DNA of 63,065 bases, counting the filler, from Bigelowiella natans CCMP2755 (lineage: Eukaryota; Protista; Cercozoa): the NCBI GenBank assembly GCA_000320545.1. It is 5 parts of 5 records of this genome, joined end to end, with 100 filler letters (N's around TTAATTAATTAA, not from the genome) between each part and the next. Parts side by side here need not be neighbours in the genome. Positions count along the whole stretch, not along the records: positions 1 to 28,296 come from ADNK01000154.1; positions 28,397 to 30,748 come from ADNK01003319.1; positions 30,849 to 54,262 come from ADNK01003491.1; 2 more parts are not named here. One strand, 5' to 3'. The position numbers and the translations under genes were made by a program. Under the pieces are notes generated by a model. The model saw only the letters and a program-made list of their open reading frames with translations, was not told where the DNA came from and did no database searches. Every line of letters begins with the position of its first letter. Position 1 is the first letter of the stretch. Positions 27,536-39,604 of this stretch are shown one piece after another.

Positions 27536-27847
27536 TCTGTTGTCCACCTGTTTTAAATCAGATATTTCTGTGTCTTGAGGGCACAAGAAGCGCACTAGGT
27601 GAGATTAGTAGTAGTATATATATACACACACACGTACATATCTGTCACCCCCGCCAGAGACTTGTCGGTATGCAATAATCATAGTAGACTCATAACATTG
27701 CCATGATGTTGTTTGTTCGTTGCTACTTTCCGAACAAAAGGGGTGATATTCCAGTTCATAATCACGTTGACGATCACGCTCTCCGTGATAGCTCTGGTGG
27801 TGCAGTCTCTGCCACGCTTTCGATATCCTGAGTTTGGCGAATCAGAG
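23762..27847 (+). CDS. Voltage-gated K+ channel (Shaker/Kv-like 6TM) continuing into a second S1; 3' part cut by contig end
   Basis: S1 ILFSVVSSGMVLLSTISL; S2 IELYSVVFFTVEYVVR; S3 MNLIDLVAILPFYL; S4 LRSIR|LLRLVKLFR; pore SLWFIVVSLTTVGYGDMVPTT (26005-26100); S6 GRVVMSVF...FAIPITIVSSIF; later exons IFLCLEGTRSALG|VIFQFIITLTITLSVIALVVQSLPRF. Confidence 0.9.
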
Positions 27848-28296
27848 GTGTGCGTGGAATGGGTTGTGTGTGTGTGTGTGTGTGTGTGCGTGTGTGCGTG
27901 TGTGTGTGTGAGTGTGTGTGTGTGTGTGAGAGAAAAAGAGACAGCACCTCTGGGGGGGGGTTGGGGCGAGCACTGTCTCGGTGGTAAAATCATCCTATGT
28001 CCACCCACACCTGCATATAGATATATTGTTGCTGGCTGGAGAATTACCCTACACAAGCTGTGTGACTCTAGATGTTGGTAGCGGCCTACATACGCTGAAC
28101 AAGATAAGGGAGGGGGCTTGGTTATACATGAGTTCCCCCTCTGAAAAGTGCGATCGATATCAATCGATTTCAGTCCCTGAAGATGTAAATGCGTGCCAGA
28201 ATTTACTTCTGTGCGACGCCTGCAACTGCGACCGAATGTGAGTATATGGTAGCTCACTTATGAAGTCGGGATCCACTGTCTAATTGTATCTCTCTC

Positions 28297-28396
28297 NNNN
28301 NNNNNNNNNNNNNNNNNNNNNNNNNNNNNNNNNNNNNNNNTTAATTAATTAANNNNNNNNNNNNNNNNNNNNNNNNNNNNNNNNNNNNNNNNNNNN
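28297..28396. other. Artificial contig linker
   Basis: N-run + TTAATTAATTAA (stops in all six frames) + N-run, 100 bp; identical linkers occur elsewhere in the window. Confidence 0.98.
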
Positions 28397-28668
28397 ATCT
28401 TTTCTTGTGATCCTCTTCCTTCGGGTTTAGGGTTGAGGATGTCGAATTGCTCCTGAGAGAGCTTGAGTACTTCTCGTCGGTGAGCGGGGTCGGTGCGTAC
28501 ATTGACTTCTGTCACCTTTCCTTCTGTTTCTATGTTGACATTGAAGCATGATTCCAAATCCGCTGCTTCAAAGGCGGACATTAGCTTGTACATGTAGGGC
28601 TTGTAGTTGCTACCATCGTACTTGAGGGTGAAGTTTTTCAGCAGGGAGTCTATCTGCTTTTCTGACAT
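28397..28668 (-). CDS. gag: Copia Gag N-terminus (partial)
   Basis: LKYDGSNYKPYMYKLMSAFEAADL matches the Copia gag N-terminal K(F/L)xGxNYxxWxxxMxxxL pattern; starts about 175 nt after the PBS. Confidence 0.7.
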
Positions 28669-29004
28669 GTTGTTTCGTTCCTGTTTTCTTTGTTTTCAGT
28701 GCTTTGGAGGCTTGACCGAAGATTGGCTGAGGGAATGCTGTTGTCGCTTTCAGTTCCTTCTTCTGGAAGGATGTAGCTGAAGGGGGGGGGTGGGGGGTTT
28801 GCTTGGTTCTTTTCTTTGTTGGTTCTCTAGCAAGTCCTCTTGAGGCTCATAACCTTTTAGCGGACTAGCGGTAGCTGTTTGGCTTTTGTGCGCGGGACTG
28901 TGCTGTTGATGTTGGAAAGTCAACACGCGGTCTCGTGTGCTTTTGGATTCTGATGATGACTTGTGACTTGCGCTGCACGCATGTGCGCATTGGGTTCCGG
29001 CGCA

Positions 29005-29103
29005 TTCGCGAAGATTCTCGAATCTTCCAGAATTCTCTCGAATTCTCTCGAGTGTTTCTGGAAGGTTCTCGAAGCTTCCGGAATGTTCTCGAAGATTCTG
29101 GAA
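29005..29103. promoter_or_regulatory. Heat-shock element arrays in the LTR (6 + 10 phased nGAAn/nTTCn units)
   Basis: TTCgcGAAgaTTCtcGAAtcTTCcaGAA (29005-29032) and TTCtgGAAggTTCtcGAAgcTTCcgGAAtgTTCtcGAAgaTTCtgGAA (29056-29103). Confidence 0.85.
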
Positions 29104-29675
29104 GTTCTGAGAACTTCCATGCGCATGTGCGCAGCGCAGCGTGCAGCACGAGTGGACGTGCGCATGCTGCGACAGCTCCTTGATCGTGGGTGGCGCGGCC
29201 AGACCGCTGACAAGACATGCTCTAGACGCTCTAGCGCTACTATCTAGCTATGCTACGCTGTAGGATATACCACGCATGCGACTATAGCAGCCCACTCTGC
29301 ACTAGCTAGCTAGCTAGCCCAGCTCTGTGCGATGTGAGCACATGCAGCATGGGCCTTAGCTAGCAGGCCCGATCCGCACGAAGTGAGCAAGCGCGGTAAT
29401 TGAGTTATCATACCATTGTGTGTTCCAAGTTTTCAGATGTAAATACACTAGTATAGTATAGCCTGAACGAATAGAGCCGCCAAAATGATGCACGAGAGTG
29501 CGACTAACGACCGCATGCATATTCAGCATATCTAGATTAAGGCACACCATTTGTGAATCGGCAATCCTAGAGCTAGAATGCAATCGTGAGCTCGCCGTAC
29601 CATCATTTCGCACCGGAGGTTTCCCCCCCCACTTCCTTGTCGGCTCCACATCGTATCGCCTCACTTCGCTTCGGT

Positions 29676-30206
29676 CTAGGCGCGCACAGCAGCAGCCTTT
29701 TTGCTCCTTTTCCCCTTCTTCTTCTTCCTCTTCTTTGGAGGCTCGCTCTTTCCGCGGCTAGAGGCTACAGGCTGCTGGCTTTGCTCGGACGCCATTCCGA
29801 CAGTCGCAGATTCCTCGACGATTTCCTGAAACAGGAGGAGGACAGACCCATCGTTGTAAAGCACCGATAACACACACCCCATGCCCTAATGGCCTTCTAC
29901 TCATACTCATGAGCACATCTTCATCATCATCATCATCATTATCATCGTATGACCATGTCATCATCACCATCGCCTACACAATAATGAGAGTGTCCGCCCT
30001 CACCACCACCTTAGGCTTGACGTAAGGCTTGGGTTTTTCCACGGGGGCGTCCACCTTTGATATGCGCTCACGGAGCTGCGCGAACAACGCGTTGGGGATC
30101 GAAATATATTAGGGTTATTATGTGCTAGTGCTACAGGGTGTTGGAGAAGGTCTGCTCTACACACACACTAACATGCTTACAATACCTATTTCTGTAATTT
30201 ATAAAG

Positions 30207-30252
<46 letters not shown>

Positions 30253-30654
30253 GAGGATATTTGTTTCGATATAAATGCAGATGTCGCTAATTTCGCTTCC
30301 TCGTTGCACTACATAGCAGTATACGCGCGCACTACCGCGACGACTTCTGGATCGTTCTTGAACTTCTGCTTCAGCGCTATGTTCGTTCCTACGACGATGA
30401 CGGGGCGATGAGAGGGAAAGAGAGGTGGGATCATCGCCAACATATAGCAAACACACGCAAAGCCTCAATACCATGAGAATTAACTTAGATTCAATATGCT
30501 GCTGCTTCCAATGCAATGGCGACGTCTTCCTTACTAGGGGGGGGTAACTGTCTTATCTACCTGTGGTGACGATGTTATTCGCAACCCAGTAAACAGCCAA
30601 GCCGCTCGGAACGTTCAAAGAGAAGTAGCCGAAGATTATGGGCAGAAATTTTGT
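29676..30654 (-). CDS. ALB3: ALB3 (YidC/Oxa1/Alb3 insertase), 3' exons only
   Basis: Exon 30654-30561 encodes TKFLPIIFGYFSLNVPSGLAVYWVANNIVTT, the final TM segments typical of plastid Alb3; downstream exons give a basic tail (KKRKKKKGKRSKK) ending at 29676. Confidence 0.8.
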
Positions 30655-30748
30655 CTAAAGATGGAGTCAAGTAACGCACGGGAGGAGGGAGGGCGGGTGG
30701 AGAGACAGGTCATATTAAGATATGTGGAGGGGGAAAGTTGGGGGGGAC

Positions 30749-30848
30749 NNNNNNNNNNNNNNNNNNNNNNNNNNNNNNNNNNNNNNNNNNNNTTAATTAA
30801 TTAANNNNNNNNNNNNNNNNNNNNNNNNNNNNNNNNNNNNNNNNNNNN
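30749..30848. other. Artificial contig linker
   Basis: N-TTAATTAATTAA-N, 100 bp. Confidence 0.98.
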
Positions 30849-30987
30849 TAAAAAAAAAAAAAGGGGGGGTGGGGGGGGGGAGAGAGAGAGTTGTCTTCAC
30901 GAATAGAATTTAAAAATTAAATATATACATGAGTATTGCTTATTCGCTTTGGTTATAACAATCCCCTTTGACTCATCATGTCATTGG

Positions 30988-31024
<37 letters not shown>

Positions 31025-31117
31025 CACTAGTAGTAGCACGCTGCTGGATAGTATGCTGGGTAATGTGAGAAAATACTGCTAGTGTTTCAGACCGATAATG
31101 ACCGACACTCATCATTG

Positions 31118-31150
<33 letters not shown>

Positions 31151-31157
31151 ATGGTAG

Positions 31158-32792
31158 GTATATACAAAGGGTGCTGAGGTTATTCGTATGTACCACACAC
31201 TCCTTGGAGAGGAGCTGTTTCGCAAAGGAATGGATTTATACTTCCAGAGGCACGATGGTTCTGCTGTAACTTGTGACGACTTCCGTCAAGCCATGGCGGA
31301 TGCATCTCATCGCAACCTTTCGCAATTTGAAAGATGGTATACACAAGCTGGCACGCCTGTGCTAAAAGCAGAAGGCCGTTATATTGCAGAAGAATCGAAG
31401 TATGTGCTGAAGCTTAGCCAAAGTTGTCCTTCAACCCCAGGGCAGGCAACGAAGCTCCCATTTCACATGCCTGTTAAAATAGGATTAATTGGCAAAGACG
31501 ATAAGAAGGAGATCCTTGCTTCTCAGCTTTGTGAGCTTACAGAGGACTCGAAGACTTTTGAATTTAAAGGTGTGACTCAGGAACCAGTCATATCATTGCT
31601 GCGTGGACTTTCAGCTCCAGTTAAAATTGAGATGGAAACCACGGACTCAGATTTGGCGTTTTTGATGGCATACGATACCGACGACTTCAACCGTTGGGAA
31701 GCAAGCCAGAGATTAATGAATAGAGTTTTGCTGAGTGTATATGAGGACATAAAGAGCGGAAAGACTCCACAACCTTTACCAGAAGACTTTATTCATGCAA
31801 TGAAACAGGTACAATAGTTGATGCAGTATTAGTAATAATGGTACTAATGGTAAAACAAATCATCGACGAATGAAAAAGGGGGGACACAACTAACTACATT
31901 CATAAGCTAAATAATTTATGCGTGTGTTTGTGTGTGTGTGTGTGTGTGTTTCTAACTGTCTTCTCTTTTCGCGTAGGTTTTGACAGCTACAGCCAAAGAT
32001 AAGCAGCTCCAAGCATATATGTTGCTTCTCCCAGATGAACAAACTCTCTCTGGAAACCTAGACCTTATCGACCCGACAGCTCTGCATAAGGCGCGTGCAC
32101 ACGTCAAACAAACTATTGCAAAGAAATTAGAGGCAGAATTCAGGGCGAAATATGCTTCCCTAAGCACTGGAGCAGAATATAAACTTACTGCTGACGAAGT
32201 TGGACGTAGAAGAATGAGGAACCTTTGCTTGAGTTACTTGGTATCTAGTGACGCAGAGGACTCAACATCAATTGCAGCTTCCCATTTCAAAAGTGCAAAT
32301 AGTATGACGGATAAACTTGCAGCCTTAGCAGAACTTGTGAATCTCTCCGGGACTGAGAGAGAGTCTGCACTAGCAGTATTTTATGAAGATGCAAAAGGCG
32401 ACGCTCTTGTGATAAATAAATGGTTTGCACTTCAAGCTATGGCATCAGCAGAAGACACTTTGGAGAAAGTCAAAGCTCTCTCAAAGCATTCATCCTTCAC
32501 ACTTAAAAATCCTAATCGCGTGAGATCTCTATTTGGTATATTCGGGGGTAACATGCACATATTCCACAGCGAGGACGGAAAGGGATACGAATTCCTCGCG
32601 GATGCAATTATCGAGCTTGACGCTATAAATCCACAGATTGCCGCTAGGCTCCTAGGACCTTTCGGTCTGTGGAAAAGGTATGATGAAAATAGACAATCGA
32701 TGATGAAGGCACAACTTCAAAGAATCTTGGACAAGCAGGGACTTTCACCAGATACGTTTGAAGTTGCGTCTCGATATGTCAATGCACAGTGA
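31158..32792 (+). CDS. pepN: Aminopeptidase N (M1 family, PepN type), C-terminal half
   Basis: VYTKGAEVIRMYHTLLG...FRKGMDLYFQRHDGSAVTCDDF...WYTQAGTP; second exon has KWFALQA, NPNRVRSL, NPQIAARL. 5' part is off the contig. Confidence 0.95.
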
Positions 32793-33506
32793 TGCATCGC
32801 AGCCAAGATTACGACATCAATATGGAATATGTTGCGACCCATGGTCATCAATTTGCACATGCCGCGTGTACATGCTTGTACGTTGCTAGCAGGTTGCCTT
32901 GTCAGTGCTTGCTAGTAACAACGCAATCAAGCTATCTAGCTACATGCATGCAAATGTGAGGAATTAAAAGCCGCAACATGCACGGCTTGTTGTGTGATAC
33001 ATCGTTAGTCTGCACATCTCTAGAACTAGACAATGAGCAAACAAGGTCTATGCTAGAGTTACGTGTGCCATGTGACATGTGCGCGTGTGCGTCGTACGTC
33101 GTACTAGCTAGCTAGCGTAGTGCATCGCGCTACTCATATTGTTGGTGTTGAGCCTGTTCAAGTCTGCTGCACACATCTAGACATGTATGTAATTGCCTAG
33201 ATGCACATGTGCGGTGCTAGCTAGCTAGGCTAGTCTAGCTAGTTGCCAAGTAGGGCATGATGAAGTATCAATGTTTCATTTTCTTGTCCCGTTGACTCGC
33301 CGAAAGAGGCAAAATGTTTCGCGCGACATATGATCTAGACATGCACACACATGGGCAATGTACCAAATGGTAAAATGGACGCTAGTCACCGCTACCACTT
33401 CAGTCGACATTTATTTAATCTCCATATGTACATCACTATCATTTCTGATGCGCAGGGTCTCTTCTTATGAGAAACTCGGTATTAATGCGCAATTCTCAAA
33501 AATATA

Positions 33507-35135
33507 TCATTGTGTTCTACAGTTTTGGTTTGTGTCGGATTGCTCATCATCGTCGTAAGCTTGTCTAGATCTGTTTTTCAAGTCTTCAATCTGCTTAAAC
33601 TTTCTCTTCTGAGCCTCTAAATCAACATTAACTAATTTAACCTGAAATGACATGAACATGATGGTGATGATCAGGAAGTAGCGGGAAGAGTATTAAATGG
33701 ATTACCTCCTGAGCATCACTCGGAGTAGGTATTCTACTGGGAACTGGAAAAAATCTCGCGAGTATCTACCGAAACATACAGTCGTTCATATGAGGAGAAT
33801 GCTCATCTAGGTGTCTGGTCGTTAGTAATGTACCTTAAGAGCCTCTTGGGGAATTTTCTCTGGAAATACCACTTGCAACTCAATGTATAAGTTTCCAAAT
33901 GTAAAGGGGTCCCTGTAAACCGGCATTCCTTCCCCCATTATTGCTTTCACATCTCCAGGCCTATACACTGTTCCTTCCTCCGAATTGACCTTATAGATAC
34001 AAAATTCTCAAACAAATTTAGAGATGGTCTTGCATATCCTAAACACACCTTCAATATGCGATTGTCTAAATGTCGTATCGTAAATTCAAATCCTCCTCCT
34101 AGAGCCTCCATTAAGGAGATACTCTTTTTCATTTTCAGGTGTACTCCATCCCTTTTGAATATGGAATTCTGTCTCTCGTCTAATGTGACGACAACGTCGC
34201 CAGGAACTTCGCCGGGCTGTAATTCAACAAAAAGAAATTATACAAATTAGGAGATAAATGTTACAATAACTCATCCTCTATTACGAAATAATTTATGGAT
34301 ACCGTTTCGTTGGCCTCTTTCTTGAAACGAACCATATGACCATTTTTCATTCCCTTTTCAATTCTTACTTCCAAATGTTTTATGCATTTAAAAACTCCTT
34401 TGCCTTGACACGTTTTGCAGAGAGCGTCGGGTGGAAACTGCTTCCCTGAGCCTCCACACATCTGGCATTTATATTGATTGGGAAATATTCCCTGCATAAC
34501 TACTAAGCTGCCTTGTCCTTTACAGCCAGTACAAGTGGTGAGTAACAAATGATTCCCTCCTTTCCTGTGTAAATTAATCAAGCCTGTAAGATGCGTTTGT
34601 GGTCAAAAGAGTGAGCGGAGGCTACCCTTCGCAATCCGCACAGATCCTATCTTTATTCAGTCGTAGCTTGCGCATGTTTCCATTGTATAATTCGGAAAGT
34701 TGAACTTTAAGTGAATACTTTAAGTCCTTCCCTTTTCTTTTGTAAAATTTCTTCGATGTGGTTCCCCAATAACGCATGAATCCGCTCGCTTTCCTTAGTC
34801 CTTCTTTTCCAAAACTATCATATACTTTCCTGTGAAAAGCATGTATCCTTTAAAATGAAAACCACGCTGATTTTAAATGTAATCGTTTACTTCTTGTCGG
34901 GATCCTTCAGAACATCATAGGCTTCTTGAATTTTCTTGAACTAAAAACAACCGGTATTAGTAAGGAGTTTTTACTATGTCATGTAATGTCGCTGTACCTC
35001 TTCCGCATTTCCACCCTTGTCGGGGTGGTGCTCTCGTGCTAATTTGACGTAGGCTTTCTTTATCTGCGCTGGTTGAGCATCTTTGGTGATGTGAAGTGTA
35101 CTATAAAGAGCTTTAGTGTCCACATCTCTAGTCAT
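33507..35135 (-). CDS. DNAJA: Class A J-domain chaperone (DnaJA/Ydj1-like), multi-exon
   Basis: J domain IKKAYVKLAREHHPDKGG; zinc repeats CTGCKGQG, CQMCGGSG, CKTCQGKG; ISLMEALGG; ends in CaaX-like CRTQ-stop. Confidence 0.93.
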
Positions 35136-35922
35136 CGTAGACGAGTGGGTGGATGAAGAGAAGCAGGAGTGGGTGTAGGTTTCATGACTGCTACTTGTTG
35201 CCCACATCCCACTTAAATGGGACGCTAGAATAACCCCTCACTTCCTTCCTTTCAGTAGATTATCTTATCTTCACTGCGGTGCGTTACTTACACGCTTTGT
35301 CCCGACCTCCGCCCTCCTCTACACCCGTACGTTCCCGCTCGAGGTGGGTTTTGTTTTGGTGGATGAAGAGGAAAAATCTGAAAAAACTTGCCGTCGTGTT
35401 AAGACATAAAATAGGAACCCTTTGGTACTGCGTATCCAGATCAGATCTATGATTACATATATAATGGACATATATTTGATGACGCAATTATCAAAAGTAC
35501 AGCCTTTTACTAGCATTAACGATATCGTGAAAAAAATTGTCTCCACTCCATTATTTCAAAACTCACCTTCATTTTCTTCATGTAAATATTCAAGTGAAAG
35601 TAATTACTTGAACATACTAAATTTTTGGAGTACGACAACTTTGTAAGTTGGACATTACAATTTTCTTTGTCGCAGGATCGGTGACGCGAGAGGCACTTTC
35701 TGGAAATTCGCGAACACGGAGCGAACATTCGGGACTTGGAAAAGTAGCTTATGTTGGAGGGAAAGGGTTTGGATTTATCGAAAAAAAACTCTTCTGAGGT
35801 TTCGATTGTGCGACAGGGTGAGGCGTGTGTCGTATTTGCATTCAGGATGACCCTTTTCCGTCCCTCAGCCCAAATCAGCTAGGAGAACACATTCAACGAT
35901 AGGAGGGAGGCAAAATCTACCA

Positions 35923-36671
35923 ATGCCAAATGTTGAGTACGTTGCTGTACGTTGCTTCAACTGTGCCACCTTCCAGGTATTATTTGCGCACATCGGAAGA
36001 TAGATACTTCAAGTAAACCCCATTCCATGATGTCGCACACAAGTTAATCCAACTAAATGTTGTACATATAAATTTGATGAAATAACCTCCAATAATTGTA
36101 TTTCTAATTTGATAATTTTTTAGTATGGGTTGTGTGTATGTGATATATGTGTGTTGCAGTCTATGCAGAGAACAAAGCTTGGAACCTTTAAGTGTAAGCT
36201 TTGTAACGAGAAGCAGTCTCTCAAAAAGGTAACTTTTGGATAAATTGATTCCAATCGGAAGCTGATGCAATTTTATTAAGGTATATGCGATTTCGGATCG
36301 TGCAAAAGATATCAGGAAAGGTACATTTACGCGCGCGCACGTGGAAAGCATAGTATCACAGTCAGAATCCATCCAGATTTTTTTACGGATGAAGATGTTT
36401 TTGAATTTGTAGTGGTTCAAGATCTAAATATGCACAGAATGGTGGCGCAAGATGTCAAATATCAGAAAACTGTTCATGAATCTTCGTCAAGTAACAACGG
36501 TTCGAACCCATGCTATAACACTAGATCAAATGAAAATAATATTTTCACAACGGAAGGTCAAGGTCGTCGATGTTTAGTAGAAAATCAAATAAGCATGGAT
36601 CCTCCCAGAATATCGAAATGGGAAGCTTACATGGTACTAACACACAGACACATACAAATACTATATACATA

Positions 36672-36719
<48 letters not shown>

Positions 36720-36722
36720 GTA

Positions 36723-36789
<67 letters not shown>

Positions 36790-37028
36790 ATGCTTCGCGT
36801 AAGTACGCGTCGTGTACGTGCATGTGTGTGTTCATGCACGTAGAGTGTGCGTCGCACTTTGTATACGTTCTTATACTCATTGATAGCAAAGAGGCTGAAT
36901 GCATATATAGCCTTGAAACGACACCAAACGACACCTTTGGGAGCACCGTTTATTTGATGCACCGACCAATATGAAGCATACTCGTATACATACCCGTTAT
37001 ATTGCAAAGAGAGGAGAGGAGTGATAGC

Positions 37029-37071
<43 letters not shown>

Positions 37072-37101
37072 ATATATTTATACACATATATAAATGCACT
37101 T

Positions 37102-37140
<39 letters not shown>

Positions 37141-37756
37141 CGTATTTATATATTTGACACACCTTTATGTATTCATAGCCTCAGAATGATAAGGAAAATG
37201 ACGGAAGCGAGGATGAGAACTATGTACTAATTTCGGTGGTTTGTTGTAAAAATTTATTTGATATGACTAAATTTGTATAGGAGGCGGTTCTCTCGGCGCC
37301 GACACCTTCTACCGGGAGAAGGTGTTTATTTATAGTAGTGCTGCCCAGTAAATTGTATTGTTCTATGAATATTCTTCTGTAAGTTGTAAAGAGAACATCG
37401 TGGTGAGAAAACAAATTGCATCTCACATAAAATCATGTTCAAAACGCAATGTCATTTTGACTTTTTGGGGAGCATTGTTACCGAATGATGATGGTTGAAT
37501 TCCCTTGCATTCAATCTTGTGCGCGACACTTGTGTTTCCCAACTGACAACGCAGGTCGAGCAAAACGAAGTCTGCACGATGGATATCAACACGTTCCACA
37601 AACCGCTTATCAAAAAAGATCCCCGCACTTCTTACGAAGTCTAGATCGCAATCACTAGCAACGAAGCGAAAAATTATTGAAATTGTTAAGTCCAATGAAG
37701 ATGTCATCTCAGAAAAACGAAAACGCGTTGTGAGAGACGTTTCAATAACAACTTGA
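35923..37756 (+). CDS. MRNIP: MRN complex-interacting protein (MRNIP/UPF0544), multi-exon; not visible in the ORF track
   Basis: Short exons splice to MPNVEYVAVRCFNCATFQ|SMQRTKLGTFKCKLCNEKQSLKK|VYAISDRAKDIRK|VVQDLN, matching the MRNIP N-terminal CxxC..FQ..CKxCxEKQS..VQxLN motif; 3' end less certain. Confidence 0.8.
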
Positions 37757-39604
37757 GGCATAATTTGGTATCGTCTTTCCAAGAATACCGAAAGCACAAT
37801 CGACGACGCTGTGACACGGTGAGCATTTACTTAAAGACAGCATCGACTCTGAACGTAGTCGAAAATGTCACCTTACATGTGAGCCAAGCGAATTGGATGT
37901 TGCAATGAGAAGACGGCGGGGACAGAGAAATCAAGAATGAACGCAGGTGTCAACATGCGGACAACATGCGACCATGAATCCGTCTGCGCTAGTCTCCACA
38001 CACTGCGCCATGGGAAATTGCTTCTGGGGTCCTAAAAGTAGTGCTCCCTCACTTGTCTCCATTCCGCAGCTAGTCATGTCGGGGTTGCTACACGATGTGA
38101 TGCAACAATGAACACAACGCGTGAACGCATGTGTCCCATTCACAGTTGCACGTCTCTGCTAGCTAGCTAGGTCTAGCAGACTTGCAGTGCACAGTGATGA
38201 GAAGATCTAGAGATGCATGCGCACGTGTGGATGAGCAGAATCGAACGCGATTGAGCATTGAGCAAGCGCGTGACACACATGACTAGATGATGACGCGATG
38301 GTTAGCAGATCTATCTAGAGATGGCAACAACCATCAAATGCCTGGGGCCGCCACTGTCAGCTGTGGTCAGCGCCAAAGCGTGCACACGTGACACACATTG
38401 TCTGTGCACACCTCAAGCAGACCTGTGTGGACACGTTGCGACCTGCACCTTGGAGCCATTCTAGCATTGAGGCTACAAGCGTGTGTGCCTTCTGCATGTG
38501 CACGCACACAGTTCTAGAGTTTTCCATTTTGGTGCAATGTCCATGCATTTGGTGCACGCATGATCGACATGCACTGTGCACGCACGCTATTGCGTACTCT
38601 AGTACTAGCGTAGTGGGCGGGTGCACGTCAGTGCAGCTTGCACTGGTGCACAGCACAACTAGCTAGCTAGCTAGGCGAAACCCGGGAATTTTCATGGTTG
38701 AGATGGACGCCGCCGCACTTTGCTGATGCATTTTTTGCTTGCATCGCACTTCTCTAGTTCTAGCCATCATGCATGCTACATGATCTAGTGATTGCAATCG
38801 GTTCGATGGCACCATGGAGACATGACATGGTCCAAAACTCATGCAAAGTGCATGTTTGTGCGATTTTTGATAGCTTTGAAATGGGGCATAGGGACCTGTA
38901 GGGGTGTTTTTCAGGATTCATTTCTGAAAATTTCGGTGCAGCGCCAGTCACACAGTCAGACAAACTGACGCACGTTGCACACATTCAGTTCGCACATCAG
39001 TTTGATCATGTCCTCTAGTCCTAGGGGGTCGATCCCTGGGGCAGCTCTGGAGCTTGGAGAGTGTGGTGTGGCATCTCCGTTGCCAGATTCAAGATTCGCA
39101 TTCGTTCGACACTCTGGCATTGCAAACGTGCCACCCACAATTCCAGCATGCATTGCATGAATGTGAAAGAAAGAGAGAAGTGTGTCAAGATTCAAGATTC
39201 AAGATTCGCATTCATTCTACATGCCCACAAGATGTGCTACAAGCACTGCTAACAAGCTGGATACGCCCCGAGGAATGAATGAATGAACAAATGAATGAAG
39301 CAGTTGCCACAGGAGAGGTTGAAGCCGGATCGCAGGTCACGCTGAGCAAAATGATGGCTCCAACCAGACGACTGCTCCAAAAATGTATATTAGTAAAAAA
39401 TAGATGCGGTTTTCTAAATGCGGCAATAAAAACGGTGGCGGTTACTTATTATTTCATTGTCACAAAGTACGCCAAGTGCTGTCCTCCTCATCCCTCTCTC
39501 TTACTTCCCCAAAAGAATCGACCTTATTAATCCGTTCATCATCCACAATCTTTTGAAAGATTTGAGGTAGATAAATTGTTCGCGTGACGGAATCTCTCCG
39601 AAAT

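Larger units (their letters stand above)
28397..29212 (-). mobile_element. 5' end of Ty1/Copia LTR retrotransposon (LTR, PBS, start of gag), truncated by contig end
   Basis: Minus strand: putative LTR 29212-28855 with imperfect terminal inverted repeats TGTCAGCGGTCTGGC / TTTTAGCGGACTAGC; PBS GGTTATGAGCC at 28854-28844 (copia/Ty5 half-tRNAiMet type); gag-like ORF from 28668. Confidence 0.8.

Noticed and set aside
28341-28352. TTAATTAATTAA motif recurring four times
   Set aside because: Always centred in N-runs; a concatenation linker. Gene adjacency across linkers is meaningless.
29005-29120. GAA/TTC periodic repeat as a CRISPR-like or satellite array
   Set aside because: 10-bp period with no unique spacers; matches HSE geometry within an LTR.
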